From: Candidatus Korobacteraceae bacterium
GTDB taxonomy: Bacteria > Acidobacteriota > Terriglobia > Terriglobales > Acidobacteriaceae
Length of the DNA: 64,000 bases
Direction: 5' to 3'
Assembly: GCA_049520555.1 (NCBI GenBank)
Contig: JBEKPR010000024.1
Location: 1,176 to 65,175, forward strand
The translations under genes were made by a program, and so were the position numbers. The notes beneath the pieces are model-generated. The model saw only the letters and a program-made list of their open reading frames with translations. It ran no database searches and was not told the DNA's origin. Every line of letters begins with the position of its first letter. Position 1 is the first letter of the stretch. Positions 36,785 through 48,842 of this stretch are shown one piece after another.

Positions 36785-37020
36785 AGATCAATCCCGTCCT
36801 GCTTTTGTCCCCGAATTCCATATAGCTGAGTCATCACGACAGAGGCGCAACTTCGGACATAGCGAAGACACAACCGCTCAAAATGCTCCCATGACAGTTC
36901 ATGCAATGGAAGAACTTGCGGGCGCGACTCAACCGGCGGGCTTGTATGTGGAACTTCAGTAACCGGTGTTTCCAGCCAAGTTGGTACGCCCTCTACTTCT
37001 AGCAGTTGCTCGTTGTCCAT
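36766..37020 (-). pseudogene. N-terminal fragment of an Mrr-like restriction-endonuclease-domain protein
   Basis: MDNEQ...LSWEHFERLCLRYVRSCASVVMTQLYGIRGQKQDGIDLYVR resembles the FExL...G.xGxDGGIDi block of Mrr_cat domains. It is cut at the IS21 junction near 36775. Confidence 0.4.
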
Positions 37021-37317
37021 ACGGTGGCTCCAAACCCTTGCAGATAATGTACTGGATTCTCCCACGCCGCGGATCGCTCGACTCGAACGCTCACACATCC
37101 GGTGAATTATGCACAGATTTCGCTTGCGAGTCGCGATCTGCTCCTGGCGGCAACAGGTGTGCCAATACATAGTGTCTCAATGAAGGGGTTCACCCCACAC
37201 GGGTGTGCCGTAAGTGTGCCGTGCGCTCTGGAACCATGTGCGCTAAAGTGCGCCTTTTCAATACCGGGTCAAAAGTGCTTCCGTGCGGGCTTGGTCGGGG
37301 TAAGTCATTGAAAAATT

Positions 37318-37393
<76 letters not shown>

Positions 37394-37768
37394 GAAGTGG
37401 GTTTACCAAGCAGAATCAGAACTTGTGCGACTGCACCGTGCAGTCACGTACTCGCCCGAAGCAAGCTGCCCTAAAGAGTACCCTTCACGCAGCCTGGGTT
37501 CTGAAGGTGGAGCGATGAATCGGACTCAGTATAACAGAGGTCGCCGAACTGAAATGTCCTGAGATGGAGGAGTTGGCCAAGGCCATTCGTCACATAACAA
37601 CATTCGTCAATAATTCGTCAATAACAAGACGATCGAAAGACGGCCCGGCCGAGCATCTCTCTTGTTTCTTCCTGCCACTCTGGCAGCGCTCGCTCTCGTT
37701 CCCTGTCCTAGATTCACGGCGGGTGCCCACTCCATGTGCGCACCCGTCAATGTTCCGGGAACCGGCCT

Positions 37769-38269
37769 CTATGCGTTGGCCTGCTTTTCGGCCAAGTCTC
37801 CCACGATCGGCAACTTGAACATCTGGTGTTGATACGCCTTAATAACAAGCAACAGCCAAAGCGCTATGCAGGCCAAGACAAACAATCCCCACAAGGGGAT
37901 GATCAGAAAGGACACGATCATGCTCGCGACGCTGAGACAAACACGGACTACAATCAGTGCGGCGAATGTAAACAAGCACTGAAACGAGTGAAAGCGCACG
38001 AAGCGATTGCGATTGTAGGGCTCAACCAGCAGAAATATGATGGCCGGGATGATGGTGAAGTAAGCCAGCATGCCGGCTATGTTTTCCTCCATCGGCGCAG
38101 CCGGAGCGGCGGTGCTGCCATAGCTGGCAGGCGGCGCCGGTGCTGGTGCCGGAGCCGGAGAAGCCGGAGATGCGCCCGCGCCGCTGGCATGAGCCGCGGC
38201 CTTCCCGCAGTTGGGACAGAATGCTGCATTGTCTGCCATTTGAGTACCGCAGGACGCACAAAATGCCAT
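37769..38269 (-). CDS. zinc-ribbon protein with DUF4870-like membrane domain
   Basis: ATG at 38269 follows AGGAGG. It reads MAFCASCGTQMADNAAFCPNCGK, then a Pro/Ala linker, then three TM helices. Confidence 0.7.
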   Translation of the reverse strand: MAFCASCGTQMADNAAFCPNCGKAAAHASGAGASPASPAPAPAPAPPASYGSTAAPAAPMEENIAGMLAYFTIIPAIIFLLVEPYNRNRFVRFHSFQCLFTFAALIVVRVCLSVASMIVSFLIIPLWGLFVLACIALWLLLVIKAYQHQMFKLPIVGDLAEKQANA

Positions 38270-38612
38270 AACGACCTCCTGAGTTGTCGAAGCGGTGAGC
38301 CTTTCCCTACGCGAGCCGAGACCCAAGCCCACGGCGGGCACCCCTAAAGGGCTCCATTTGGGGCGAACAATAACAGAGTCCCGGCTGGAACGCAAAGCAA
38401 TAATAGCCATACTACCGTTGTGGGAAACCAAAAGCGGAAAAAGGTGGAAGCACAGAATAAGGACGCTTTGTAGGAAAGGCTGCGACTCGTCGCTCGAGGC
38501 GGCTGTCGCTCAACGCGACAGCCGAAGGTGTTCAGCAAAAAGCGAAAGGCGAGCTGTAGCTTTCTACGGGGTTCAGCAAAGAGCGAAAAGCGAAAGGCGG
38601 GCTTTGCGGCCC

Positions 38613-41552
<2,940 letters not shown>

Positions 41553-41769
41553 CGCTGTGTTCCTTGAAAGGGACCTGCTTGGACTTTGGTTCGACGGGCC
41601 TGGACAGGCCCATCCAGCACACTCTACCCACGTAGAAGGCTAACACATTGGATGTTCCGGAGAAGGCATGGTCGCAGGATTGGAAGCGACGGCTGTGGCG
41701 CGTTTTGCAGAACCGCTGGAGAGCATTAGAATTTGAGCGATTCAGTGCTGGAGGAGGGAACTCCTATTT

Positions 41770-42129
41770 ATGAGCTGGCTTGGCTGGCTACTTGTCTTGT
41801 TTATCGCCTATTGGTTCCTAAGCGACCTGTTCAGATCGAAACGGTGCTACCCCCACGGAGTTTTCGGTCGATGCCGATTGTGCGAGGAAGAAGCTGCGAC
41901 AAGAGTCAAAGCAGAAGCCGAAGCAAGAGCCGAAGCAGAACGTCAGCGGATGGAGATCGAAGAGACCTACAAGAACATGGATGAAGCGAAAAGGGATGAA
42001 CTGACTGCCTTGGTGAAAGAACGGGCCAAATGGGAGGATCTCTTGATTGGACCAGGCGATTTAGAAGCAGCCGTCGTGAGGATGTATGAGAGGTCTCAGT
42101 CAAGGGCACCCAAAGGAGCGAATTTGTGA
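41770..42129 (+). CDS. hypothetical membrane-anchored coiled-coil protein
   Basis: 119 aa. N-terminal TM helix MSWLGWLLVLFIAYWFL, then a charged helical region (KAEAEARAEAERQRMEIEE). By eye it is more AT-rich than its flanks. Confidence 0.4.
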   Translation: MSWLGWLLVLFIAYWFLSDLFRSKRCYPHGVFGRCRLCEEEAATRVKAEAEARAEAERQRMEIEETYKNMDEAKRDELTALVKERAKWEDLLIGPGDLEAAVVRMYERSQSRAPKGANL

Positions 42130-42353
42130 TCGAGCGAATCAAAACCGCCGTGCAGCGTGCAGCGGGAAAGAACCAGAAGATTGCGATGTTCCACTTTCAG
42201 GTGTTGAAAAACGCTGATGAGCTGGCAGGCATCGACCCGAAAGGCTTCTGTAAAGAAATCTCGGTTCCAGAAACCTATGCGACCGAGTTCACTAAAATGA
42301 TCGCCTTGGCTCGGCTGATGAAGGAACTGGGCGCAAGGCTTATTTGTAACTGA
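42126..42353 (+). CDS. small hypothetical protein (possible DNA-binding helical protein)
   Basis: 75 aa. The GTG start overlaps the upstream stop (GTGA). I could not assign a family. Confidence 0.4.
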   Translation: MIERIKTAVQRAAGKNQKIAMFHFQVLKNADELAGIDPKGFCKEISVPETYATEFTKMIALARLMKELGARLICN

Positions 42354-42440
42354 GACACTACCGAAGCGACGCATCTAGAGCGGTTCCCCGATGTTGTATC
42401 CGCCCGGCGCGGCCCGAGTCGAGGAACTTGCTTTTCTGTC

Positions 42441-42609
42441 TGTCATCCTGAGCGACCCCGAACGCAGTGAGGGGGAGTCGAAGGACCCCTATAGCTGCAA
42501 GAATCACAACGTAGCCGCCTGGCCCAGCAGCAAGTCCGAGATTGTTGGCGGCCATAGGGGTCCCTCGACTCCTCGGTCGCCGCGGCGACCTCGTCGCTCG
42601 GGATGACAC
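42441..42609. repeat. inverted pair of a ~55-nt interspersed element (GTCATCCTGAGCGA...GAGTCGAAGGACCCCTATAG)
   Basis: Copy at 42441-42495 (+) and copy at 42553-42609 (-), separated by a 57-nt spacer. The same family occurs at 57850-58048. Confidence 0.6.
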
Positions 42610-42798
42610 CCAAACAACTAACATGGGCTGATGAATAACCCGGGTTCAGGCCCGCACTACCCAGGCTACAAGCCACCCTGGAATTGCTCCACGTGGGAAA
42701 CGAGGCGGGGATGTCACTGCAGAAAAGGCGCGACTTGGCCGCACGGGTTGCGGCTGGTGCGTAGATGGACTAGACTAACTTAGTCTGGTTCAACAGCT

Positions 42799-43044
42799 AT
42801 GAAGCAGATCAACATTCACGAAGCCAAAACTCAGCTTTCAAAACTCGTCGATGAGGCGAGCAGAGGCGAACCCTTCATTATCGCCAAGGCGGGCAAGCCT
42901 ATCGTCAAAGTTACGGCGTTGAGCGCCCCTACAGGCCGTCAAGTGTGCCGACTCGGGTTTATGACGGGACAGATTACCGTCCCGAAGGACTTCGACCGGA
43001 TGACCCGGCGCGAGATCGAGCGGCTATTCACTGGTGGCGCATGA
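42799..43044 (+). CDS. Phd/YefM-family antitoxin
   Basis: MKQINIHEAKTQLSKLVDEASRGEPFIIAKAGKPIVKV is a classic Phd/YefM N-terminus. Its stop overlaps the vapC start (ATGA). Confidence 0.8.
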   Translation: MKQINIHEAKTQLSKLVDEASRGEPFIIAKAGKPIVKVTALSAPTGRQVCRLGFMTGQITVPKDFDRMTRREIERLFTGGA

Positions 43045-43427
43045 AGCTGCTGTTGGATACCCATGTTCTGCTCTGGGCGGCCGGCGAGCCAGCGCGGCTC
43101 TCGGCAAGCGCGCGCCGATTGATCAATGATGCAGACAATGAGCCGCTTTTCAGCGTCGCCAGCTTGTGGGAGATTGCCATCAAGCGGGGATTGGGCCGAA
43201 AGGATTTTCAAGTCGATGCACGACTTCTGCGCCGCGGGTTATTGGACAACGGTTATAGCGAATTGCCCATTATGAGCGCCCACGTGGTCGCCGTGGAGGA
43301 CCTACCAGCGATTCACAAGGACCCGTTCGATCGTTTACTGGTGGCGCAGGCGACCGTTGAGGGAATCACGCTGCTAACCCTCGATCTGGTCGTAGCCCGT
43401 TATCCCGGCCCAATACGCAAGCTCTAA
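43041..43427 (+). CDS. vapC: PIN-domain toxin VapC
   Basis: Internal ATG at 43041. MKLLLDTHVLLWAA...SVASLWEIAIK...HKDPFDRLLVAQA carries the PIN acidic residues in the expected order. Confidence 0.85.
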   Translation: MKLLLDTHVLLWAAGEPARLSASARRLINDADNEPLFSVASLWEIAIKRGLGRKDFQVDARLLRRGLLDNGYSELPIMSAHVVAVEDLPAIHKDPFDRLLVAQATVEGITLLTLDLVVARYPGPIRKL

Positions 43428-43455
43428 CCGGAATCGCTCGCCGGATTCGCGCGGG

Positions 43456-43480
43456 GGCGCGACCGTGGCCGCGCCTTTCC
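43456..43480 (+). terminator. candidate intrinsic terminator after vapC
   Basis: GGCGCG-accgtggc-CGCGCC followed by TTTCCTTCC...ATATTTTT. Confidence 0.35.
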
Positions 43481-43540
43481 TTCCAAATATTTTTGGTCGA
43501 TGATCCGCCGCTTTGCTGGGTAGTGGCTCAATTTGAACTC

Positions 43541-43777
43541 TTATCTATACCGTCCAAAAACGAACGCTACCAAAATCAGAACTGACAACCCAACAAGTAA
43601 TGCTCCGACGAGTTTGGCGACGAATTGAACCGAGGTGTCATTTTCGCTGAGAGCGGGATGCGCATGTTTGGCCCGACCGATGATTCCGCCAGGATTCACA
43701 ATGGCCCATATGCCAACCAGTGTAAGGGCCGCCAAGATTAGCAGTCCGCTGTAATCACGCATCACGCAGTGCCTCAA
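43541..43777 (-). CDS. small two-TM membrane protein
   Basis: 78 aa with two hydrophobic helices. It lies directly downstream of the S46 peptidase on the same strand. Confidence 0.4.
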   Translation of the reverse strand: MRHCVMRDYSGLLILAALTLVGIWAIVNPGGIIGRAKHAHPALSENDTSVQFVAKLVGALLVGLSVLILVAFVFGRYR

Positions 43778-43790
43778 CCATTCACTACCC

Positions 43791-45923
43791 TTACTGCTGC
43801 TTGCTGACCGGCTTGCGCAGCTTGTTCTGCGGATTTGGCTTCATGGGCGCAGCTTCGGCGCCGGTAATCTCGTTGGCCAAAGCGTCGGCGTGATAGATCT
43901 TACGCAGCGACTCGAGGATCGCCCGCGAATCCACCTCGACCGAACGCGCCACCTTGTCGCTGTACTCGAAGTCCCAGGGCAGCGATTCGATGTTGCCGTC
44001 GAAGATGATTCCCACCACTTCGGCGTTCTTATTGATGACCGGGCTGCCGGAGTTGCCGCCGATGATATCGGGCGTGGAAACCGTATTGAACGGCGTGTTG
44101 AGGTCGATCGACGACTTGGCCTTCAGCCAGCTTTCCGGAAGCTGGTAGGGCGTCTTGCTGCCATGGTCAGCGGCATGCTTGTAGGCTCCGCCCATGGTCG
44201 TAAACCACGGCACTTTCTTCCCGTTCAGCTTGTAGCCTTCCACGGGACCATAACTGAGACGCAGGGTGAAGGTCGCGTCGGGAGGGACCTTGAACCCTTC
44301 CTTGGCGAACAGCGCCTTGCCGATGTACCCGCCATCACGGCGCAGGACTGATTGCACTTCATCTTCATCGCGCTGGTGGATGGCGACAGCGTCCGGCTCG
44401 ATTTGGCGCATGAGTGCGATCAAGGGATCGTTGCTGGCTTGCACCGCAGCTTCGCCGCCTTCGTAGAGTTGCTTGCGAACCGCCACGTCGTCGAGCTTGG
44501 TTCCGTCAATCAGCTCCTTGGCGCGCTCGTCCGGAGTCTTACCAGCCAGGGCTTTCCTCACGTCCGCATTGTCGGCGCCAAGAACGTCCTGCATTTCGGC
44601 CAGGCTCTCGGCTAGCAAAGCCTGCTCCAGCGCTTTGTACGTGGGGGCGGTGGAGAACAATTGCTGCTCCAGCGTGGGTAAAGCCGAGTCCTGGAAACCG
44701 CGGATCCGCTGGTTGCTGGGCTTCTGCTTTTGCTCGGATGCGCGCACGATGTTGCGGGCATAGCGGGCGAGATCACCACGAAAACCACCCAGGTTGTCCA
44801 GGTAGTTCAAGGGCTTGTAAATCTGCTTCTGGACCTCGACCGCCTTGGCAATTTCGGCCCACGGATCGCCGAACTCAGCTTTGAGCTTGGGATCGGAATT
44901 GATAAAGTCGCGCAGCGCCTTCTCGTCGGCCGCCTTCTTGCCCATCAGATCTTTATCCTGCAATCCGCCTTCATAGCCGGTGACGGCCTTGAAGGAGTTC
45001 TGCAATCCGAAAAAGTCGCTCTCGGCTTCGCGGGCATTTTCGTCCGACGCTGCACGGAATTTCTCCAGCATGGCGATGCGACGCTTGTAGGAGTTGAGCT
45101 GCATGGGGTATTGGTAATCGCGCAGGAAGCTGAGCTGGTCCACCGTGAGCAAACGGCCAGTCCGGCCAGGATGGCCGGAAACAAAAACCAGGTCACCTTC
45201 CTTTACGCCCACCGGCGACCACTTCAGGTAATCGTGGATCTTGGCCGGCTCTCCGTTTTCATAGGCCCGGAAGAACGAAATGTCCAGATCGTAGCGGGGA
45301 TATTCAAAGTTGTCGGGATCGCCGCCGAAGAACGCCATGTCGAATTCGGGGGCAAAGACCAGCCGAATATCGTCGTACTTCTTGTATTTGTAGAGTTGGT
45401 ACATGGCGCCCGAATACAGGGTGACCACATCGCACCGCATACCCTCGGTTGAACACTCCTTTTCCAGCGACGACATTTCTTCGCGCTGCGCCTTGCCGGC
45501 ATCGGCGGTTGACATGCCGGGCTTGACCGCGGCATTCACCTTGGTGGTAACGTCTTGCATGTCTTCCAGTACGATGAATTCCACGCCCGGACATTTCGGC
45601 TCTTCCGCCCTGGTCGGCGCGTAGAACCCATTCTTCATGTAGTCCTTGCCATTGGTGGAAAGATCGTGGATACACTCCTGCGCGATGTGATGATTGGTAA
45701 AGATCAGTCCGTCGGCAGACACAAAAGAAGACGAGCCGTTGGGAGCGCGAGCGGAAGAAAGCCGCACATGGTCAAGCCAGGCTTGGTCGGGGGCAAAGCC
45801 GTACTTGGCCTGGACTTGATCCTTGGGGAAAGCGTTAAACAACCACATGCCCTCGTCGGCAAAGGCGAAGCTGCCCAAGCCGAGCGTGAGGACGCACAGC
45901 AGCAGAACGAAACGTTTAATCAT
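43791..45923 (-). CDS. S46-family dipeptidyl-peptidase (DPP7/DPP11-like)
   Basis: 710 aa. A signal peptide is followed by ADEGMWL, the hallmark S46 N-terminus. The catalytic Ser block IIGGNSGSPV is present. Confidence 0.85.
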   Translation of the reverse strand: MIKRFVLLLCVLTLGLGSFAFADEGMWLFNAFPKDQVQAKYGFAPDQAWLDHVRLSSARAPNGSSSFVSADGLIFTNHHIAQECIHDLSTNGKDYMKNGFYAPTRAEEPKCPGVEFIVLEDMQDVTTKVNAAVKPGMSTADAGKAQREEMSSLEKECSTEGMRCDVVTLYSGAMYQLYKYKKYDDIRLVFAPEFDMAFFGGDPDNFEYPRYDLDISFFRAYENGEPAKIHDYLKWSPVGVKEGDLVFVSGHPGRTGRLLTVDQLSFLRDYQYPMQLNSYKRRIAMLEKFRAASDENAREAESDFFGLQNSFKAVTGYEGGLQDKDLMGKKAADEKALRDFINSDPKLKAEFGDPWAEIAKAVEVQKQIYKPLNYLDNLGGFRGDLARYARNIVRASEQKQKPSNQRIRGFQDSALPTLEQQLFSTAPTYKALEQALLAESLAEMQDVLGADNADVRKALAGKTPDERAKELIDGTKLDDVAVRKQLYEGGEAAVQASNDPLIALMRQIEPDAVAIHQRDEDEVQSVLRRDGGYIGKALFAKEGFKVPPDATFTLRLSYGPVEGYKLNGKKVPWFTTMGGAYKHAADHGSKTPYQLPESWLKAKSSIDLNTPFNTVSTPDIIGGNSGSPVINKNAEVVGIIFDGNIESLPWDFEYSDKVARSVEVDSRAILESLRKIYHADALANEITGAEAAPMKPNPQNKLRKPVSKQQ

Positions 45924-46129
45924 GATGACTCCGAACGCGAGACCCGCGTGAGGTATTGTCCGGTACAGGAAACTCCGGATGAGACAAGGAAACCCTTAAC
46001 TATAACTCCCGACGAAGCGGGAAACAAACAGGCAGTGGGCCAGGCCTCGGTCCAGCCCACTGCTATCACCCCGACTTGTGACAACGACAACCACACCGCG
46101 CCCAGGCGCGGTGAAGCAACAGTCCAAGC

Positions 46130-47191
46130 TCACTGATTGATGTCTTGCTTCGCCTGCAGACGCTTGATTAAGCCCTGCACGCCGGTCTTTGCCGCATCGG
46201 GCGCGCCGGCAAGGCACATCTCCATTTGCTTGGTGGCATTGTCGAAATCACCCTTGCTGCTATAGACCCGCGCCAAACCGGCGTGTGAAAGCCAATAATC
46301 GGGATATTTCTTCGCGGTCGAGAGATAGAGCGCAAACGCTTCGTCCGCACGCTTCTCGCGCTGCAGTTGCCGGCCATAGCCGTATAGCTGCTGCGCATTG
46401 CCGATTCCCAAAGCTTGTTTGCGTGCGCTGGTGGCTTCATCTTTACGGCCCAAGTCATCGAGTATCTTGGCCTTCTCCATCAGGTTCTCGAAGCGCTCCT
46501 CATTCTGGATCGATTTGTCCTCATAGGTCAGCGCTTCATTCAAGTTCATCTTGTTGTCGACCAGGTAGGTGGCGGCGTCATTCCATGAGTCCCAGGTGTA
46601 CTGCACCAATCCGCGCATCTGCTTTTGCAGGCTCGCTTCGACCACTTCGTTGACATTGACCGCGACTTTGAACGGGACAGCGACTTTGTCCCAGCGCATG
46701 GTCACCACGGCAGAATCGGGCTTGAGCTGGTCGAAGTCGTAGGCCAGGGCGTCATGAAAATCGGCCGTCTCGGGCTTGACCGTAACTCGCAATGCGTCCT
46801 CCGCCTGGTTGTAGCTAAAACTTCCCCATGCGGTGTGCATCTTCGAGAAGATGACGGTCCACTGGTCCGCGGTGGGAATCATGTGCAGGCCGTAGGTCCC
46901 CGCGGCCAGAGGCTGGCCTTCGACCGTGACCGCGTCGGGAAAGGTGATGGTCGTATTCTCATTGGCGCCGGCCCGCCACACCTCTCCGTAAGGAACCAGG
47001 CCGCCGAAGATCTTGCGCCCATTCACCAGCGGGCGATGGTAGTTGATGGTGATGTCGGTCACGCCAACGCGCTGCATCACGATTGCATGTTGGCTTTGAC
47101 GAGGTAAATCGACCAGTGTGGACTGCGCATTGCAAAGGCCCGCGGCCAACATCAGGACAGCGAGCAACAGCACCAAACGAAGCTTGTACAT
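46130..47191 (-). CDS. DUF2911-domain protein with C-terminal TPR repeats
   Basis: Signal peptide, then INYHRPLVNGRKIFGGLVPYGEVWRAGANENTTITF (DUF2911-like) and a TPR tail. Confidence 0.7.
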   Translation of the reverse strand: MYKLRLVLLLAVLMLAAGLCNAQSTLVDLPRQSQHAIVMQRVGVTDITINYHRPLVNGRKIFGGLVPYGEVWRAGANENTTITFPDAVTVEGQPLAAGTYGLHMIPTADQWTVIFSKMHTAWGSFSYNQAEDALRVTVKPETADFHDALAYDFDQLKPDSAVVTMRWDKVAVPFKVAVNVNEVVEASLQKQMRGLVQYTWDSWNDAATYLVDNKMNLNEALTYEDKSIQNEERFENLMEKAKILDDLGRKDEATSARKQALGIGNAQQLYGYGRQLQREKRADEAFALYLSTAKKYPDYWLSHAGLARVYSSKGDFDNATKQMEMCLAGAPDAAKTGVQGLIKRLQAKQDINQ

Positions 47192-47528
47192 GGAACAACC
47201 CTCCTTTTACGATGGCGGACTCTGCCAGGAGAATCGGGCCTTGCAGACATGGCAATTCGGCGCCACGGATATGACGCTGCCCTTGGACGTGGGACCGGCC
47301 TCAAGGTAAGCAGTGGCGGGACGAATATACTGCAATCCACGGTTGGGCCGCAGGCGCGTGTGACAGAAACTGATCGGCTGCCATTCGAACCGATGGCGGC
47401 ATGATGGACGATTCCAGAAGCCCCGGAGTATAAAAAGATAAGCACTTCAGCGCGGCTTTTCACCCTGTCAACCGCGCAGTTCACCTTTGTGTTTTTCACG
47501 GCGGCGCAAGAAGCCGCAAGAGGTATTC

Positions 47529-48665
47529 ATGTCCACGACGGCGCACAGCGGCAAGGGCCTGGAAGGCATTACCGCGGCCAATTCCAGCATTTGTTTCATC
47601 GATGGCGACCAAGGCGTCCTGGCCTATCGCGGCATCGACATCCACGAACTGGCCGATCATTCGAACTTCGAAGAAGTCTGCTATCTGCTCTGGTTTGGAC
47701 ACCTGCCCAACCGCGCCGAGTTGCAGGAGTTGAAGCTGGGCCTGGCACGCGAGCGCAAACTGGATGCCTCCATCATCAGCCTGTTGCGGCAGGCCCCCAA
47801 ACACGCGCTACCCATGGACGTTCTGCGCACCACCGTTTCGGCCCTGTCGTATTACGACCCCGAAGAGAAGGTAAACGACCACGCAGCGAACGTGCGCAAG
47901 GCGATTCGATTGACGGCACAACTTGCTTACGTGGTTGCCGCTTACGATCGCATCCGCAAAGGCAAGCCGTTGATCGAGCCCGACCGTTCGCTGTCCCATG
48001 CCGGCAATTTTCTTTACATGCTAAGTGGCGAGATCCCGAGTGCGACGGCGGAGCGCGCCTTCGACATCGCGCTTATCCTGCACGCCGATCATGAGCTGAA
48101 TGCCTCGACCTTCGCGGCGCGCGTGGTGGCAGCGACCCTCAGCGACATGCATTCCGCCGTTACCGCAGCCATTGGTGCGCTTAAGGGGCCACTGCACGGC
48201 GGGGCTAACGAGGCGGTGTTCCGTATCCTGGAAGCCGTGGACGCATCGGGGGCGGACCCGGTCGATTACGTGAAAGGGATGCTGGCGCAGAAGAAGAAAG
48301 TCCCTGGATTCGGGCATCGCGTGTATCACACGGAAGATCCGCGGGCCACGCATCTGCGAACGATGTCGCGCGATCTAGGAGAGTCCAGCGGCAACACCAA
48401 GTGGTTCGAAATCTCGCGCAAAATCGAGGAGTTTATTGTCGAGGATCGCAAGCTCAACGCCAACGTTGACTTTTATTCTGCTTCCACCTATCACACGCTG
48501 GGCATCGACATCGATCTGTTCACGCCGGTGTTCGCCGTGTCGCGCGTGGCGGGCTGGACGGCGCACGTGATCGAGCAACTCAATGACAATCGCTTGATTC
48601 GCCCGCGCGCCGAGTATCAGGGCCCGCTCTATCCGAACAAATACGTGCCGATGGGGGAGCGGTAG
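47529..48665 (+). CDS. gltA: citrate synthase
   Basis: ATG at 47529 (MSTTAHSGKGLEGI). Motifs LHADHELNAS, GPLHGGANE and VPGFGHRVY are present. Confidence 0.9.
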   Translation: MSTTAHSGKGLEGITAANSSICFIDGDQGVLAYRGIDIHELADHSNFEEVCYLLWFGHLPNRAELQELKLGLARERKLDASIISLLRQAPKHALPMDVLRTTVSALSYYDPEEKVNDHAANVRKAIRLTAQLAYVVAAYDRIRKGKPLIEPDRSLSHAGNFLYMLSGEIPSATAERAFDIALILHADHELNASTFAARVVAATLSDMHSAVTAAIGALKGPLHGGANEAVFRILEAVDASGADPVDYVKGMLAQKKKVPGFGHRVYHTEDPRATHLRTMSRDLGESSGNTKWFEISRKIEEFIVEDRKLNANVDFYSASTYHTLGIDIDLFTPVFAVSRVAGWTAHVIEQLNDNRLIRPRAEYQGPLYPNKYVPMGER

Positions 48666-48681
48666 GAGCCGCTATCCGCTT

Positions 48682-48730
48682 TTCGCTATTCGCTATTCGC
48701 TGTTCGCTGTTCGCCATTCGCTCTTCGCTC
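48682..48730. repeat. seven tandem heptamers TTCGCYN
   Basis: Reads ttcgcta ttcgcta ttcgctg ttcgctg ttcgcca ttcgctc ttcgctc, immediately after the citrate synthase stop. Confidence 0.8.
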
Positions 48731-48739
48731 TGAAGACGA

Positions 48740-48819
48740 GCGCCGTAGGCGCGAAAGAGCTTAGCCCAGCGCTTCAGCGCTGGGTAGGCGTGCATCATGA
48801 ATCCGAGTCCCGTAGGGAC
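48740..48819. repeat. cluster of three stem-loops (REP-like element) between convergent genes
   Basis: GCGCC-gta-GGCGC (48740-48752), CCCAGCGC-ttca-GCGCTGGG (48765-48784) and GTCCC-gta-GGGAC (48807-48819). Confidence 0.6.
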
Positions 48820-48842
48820 GGCACAAATTTCTGTTTCATCAA

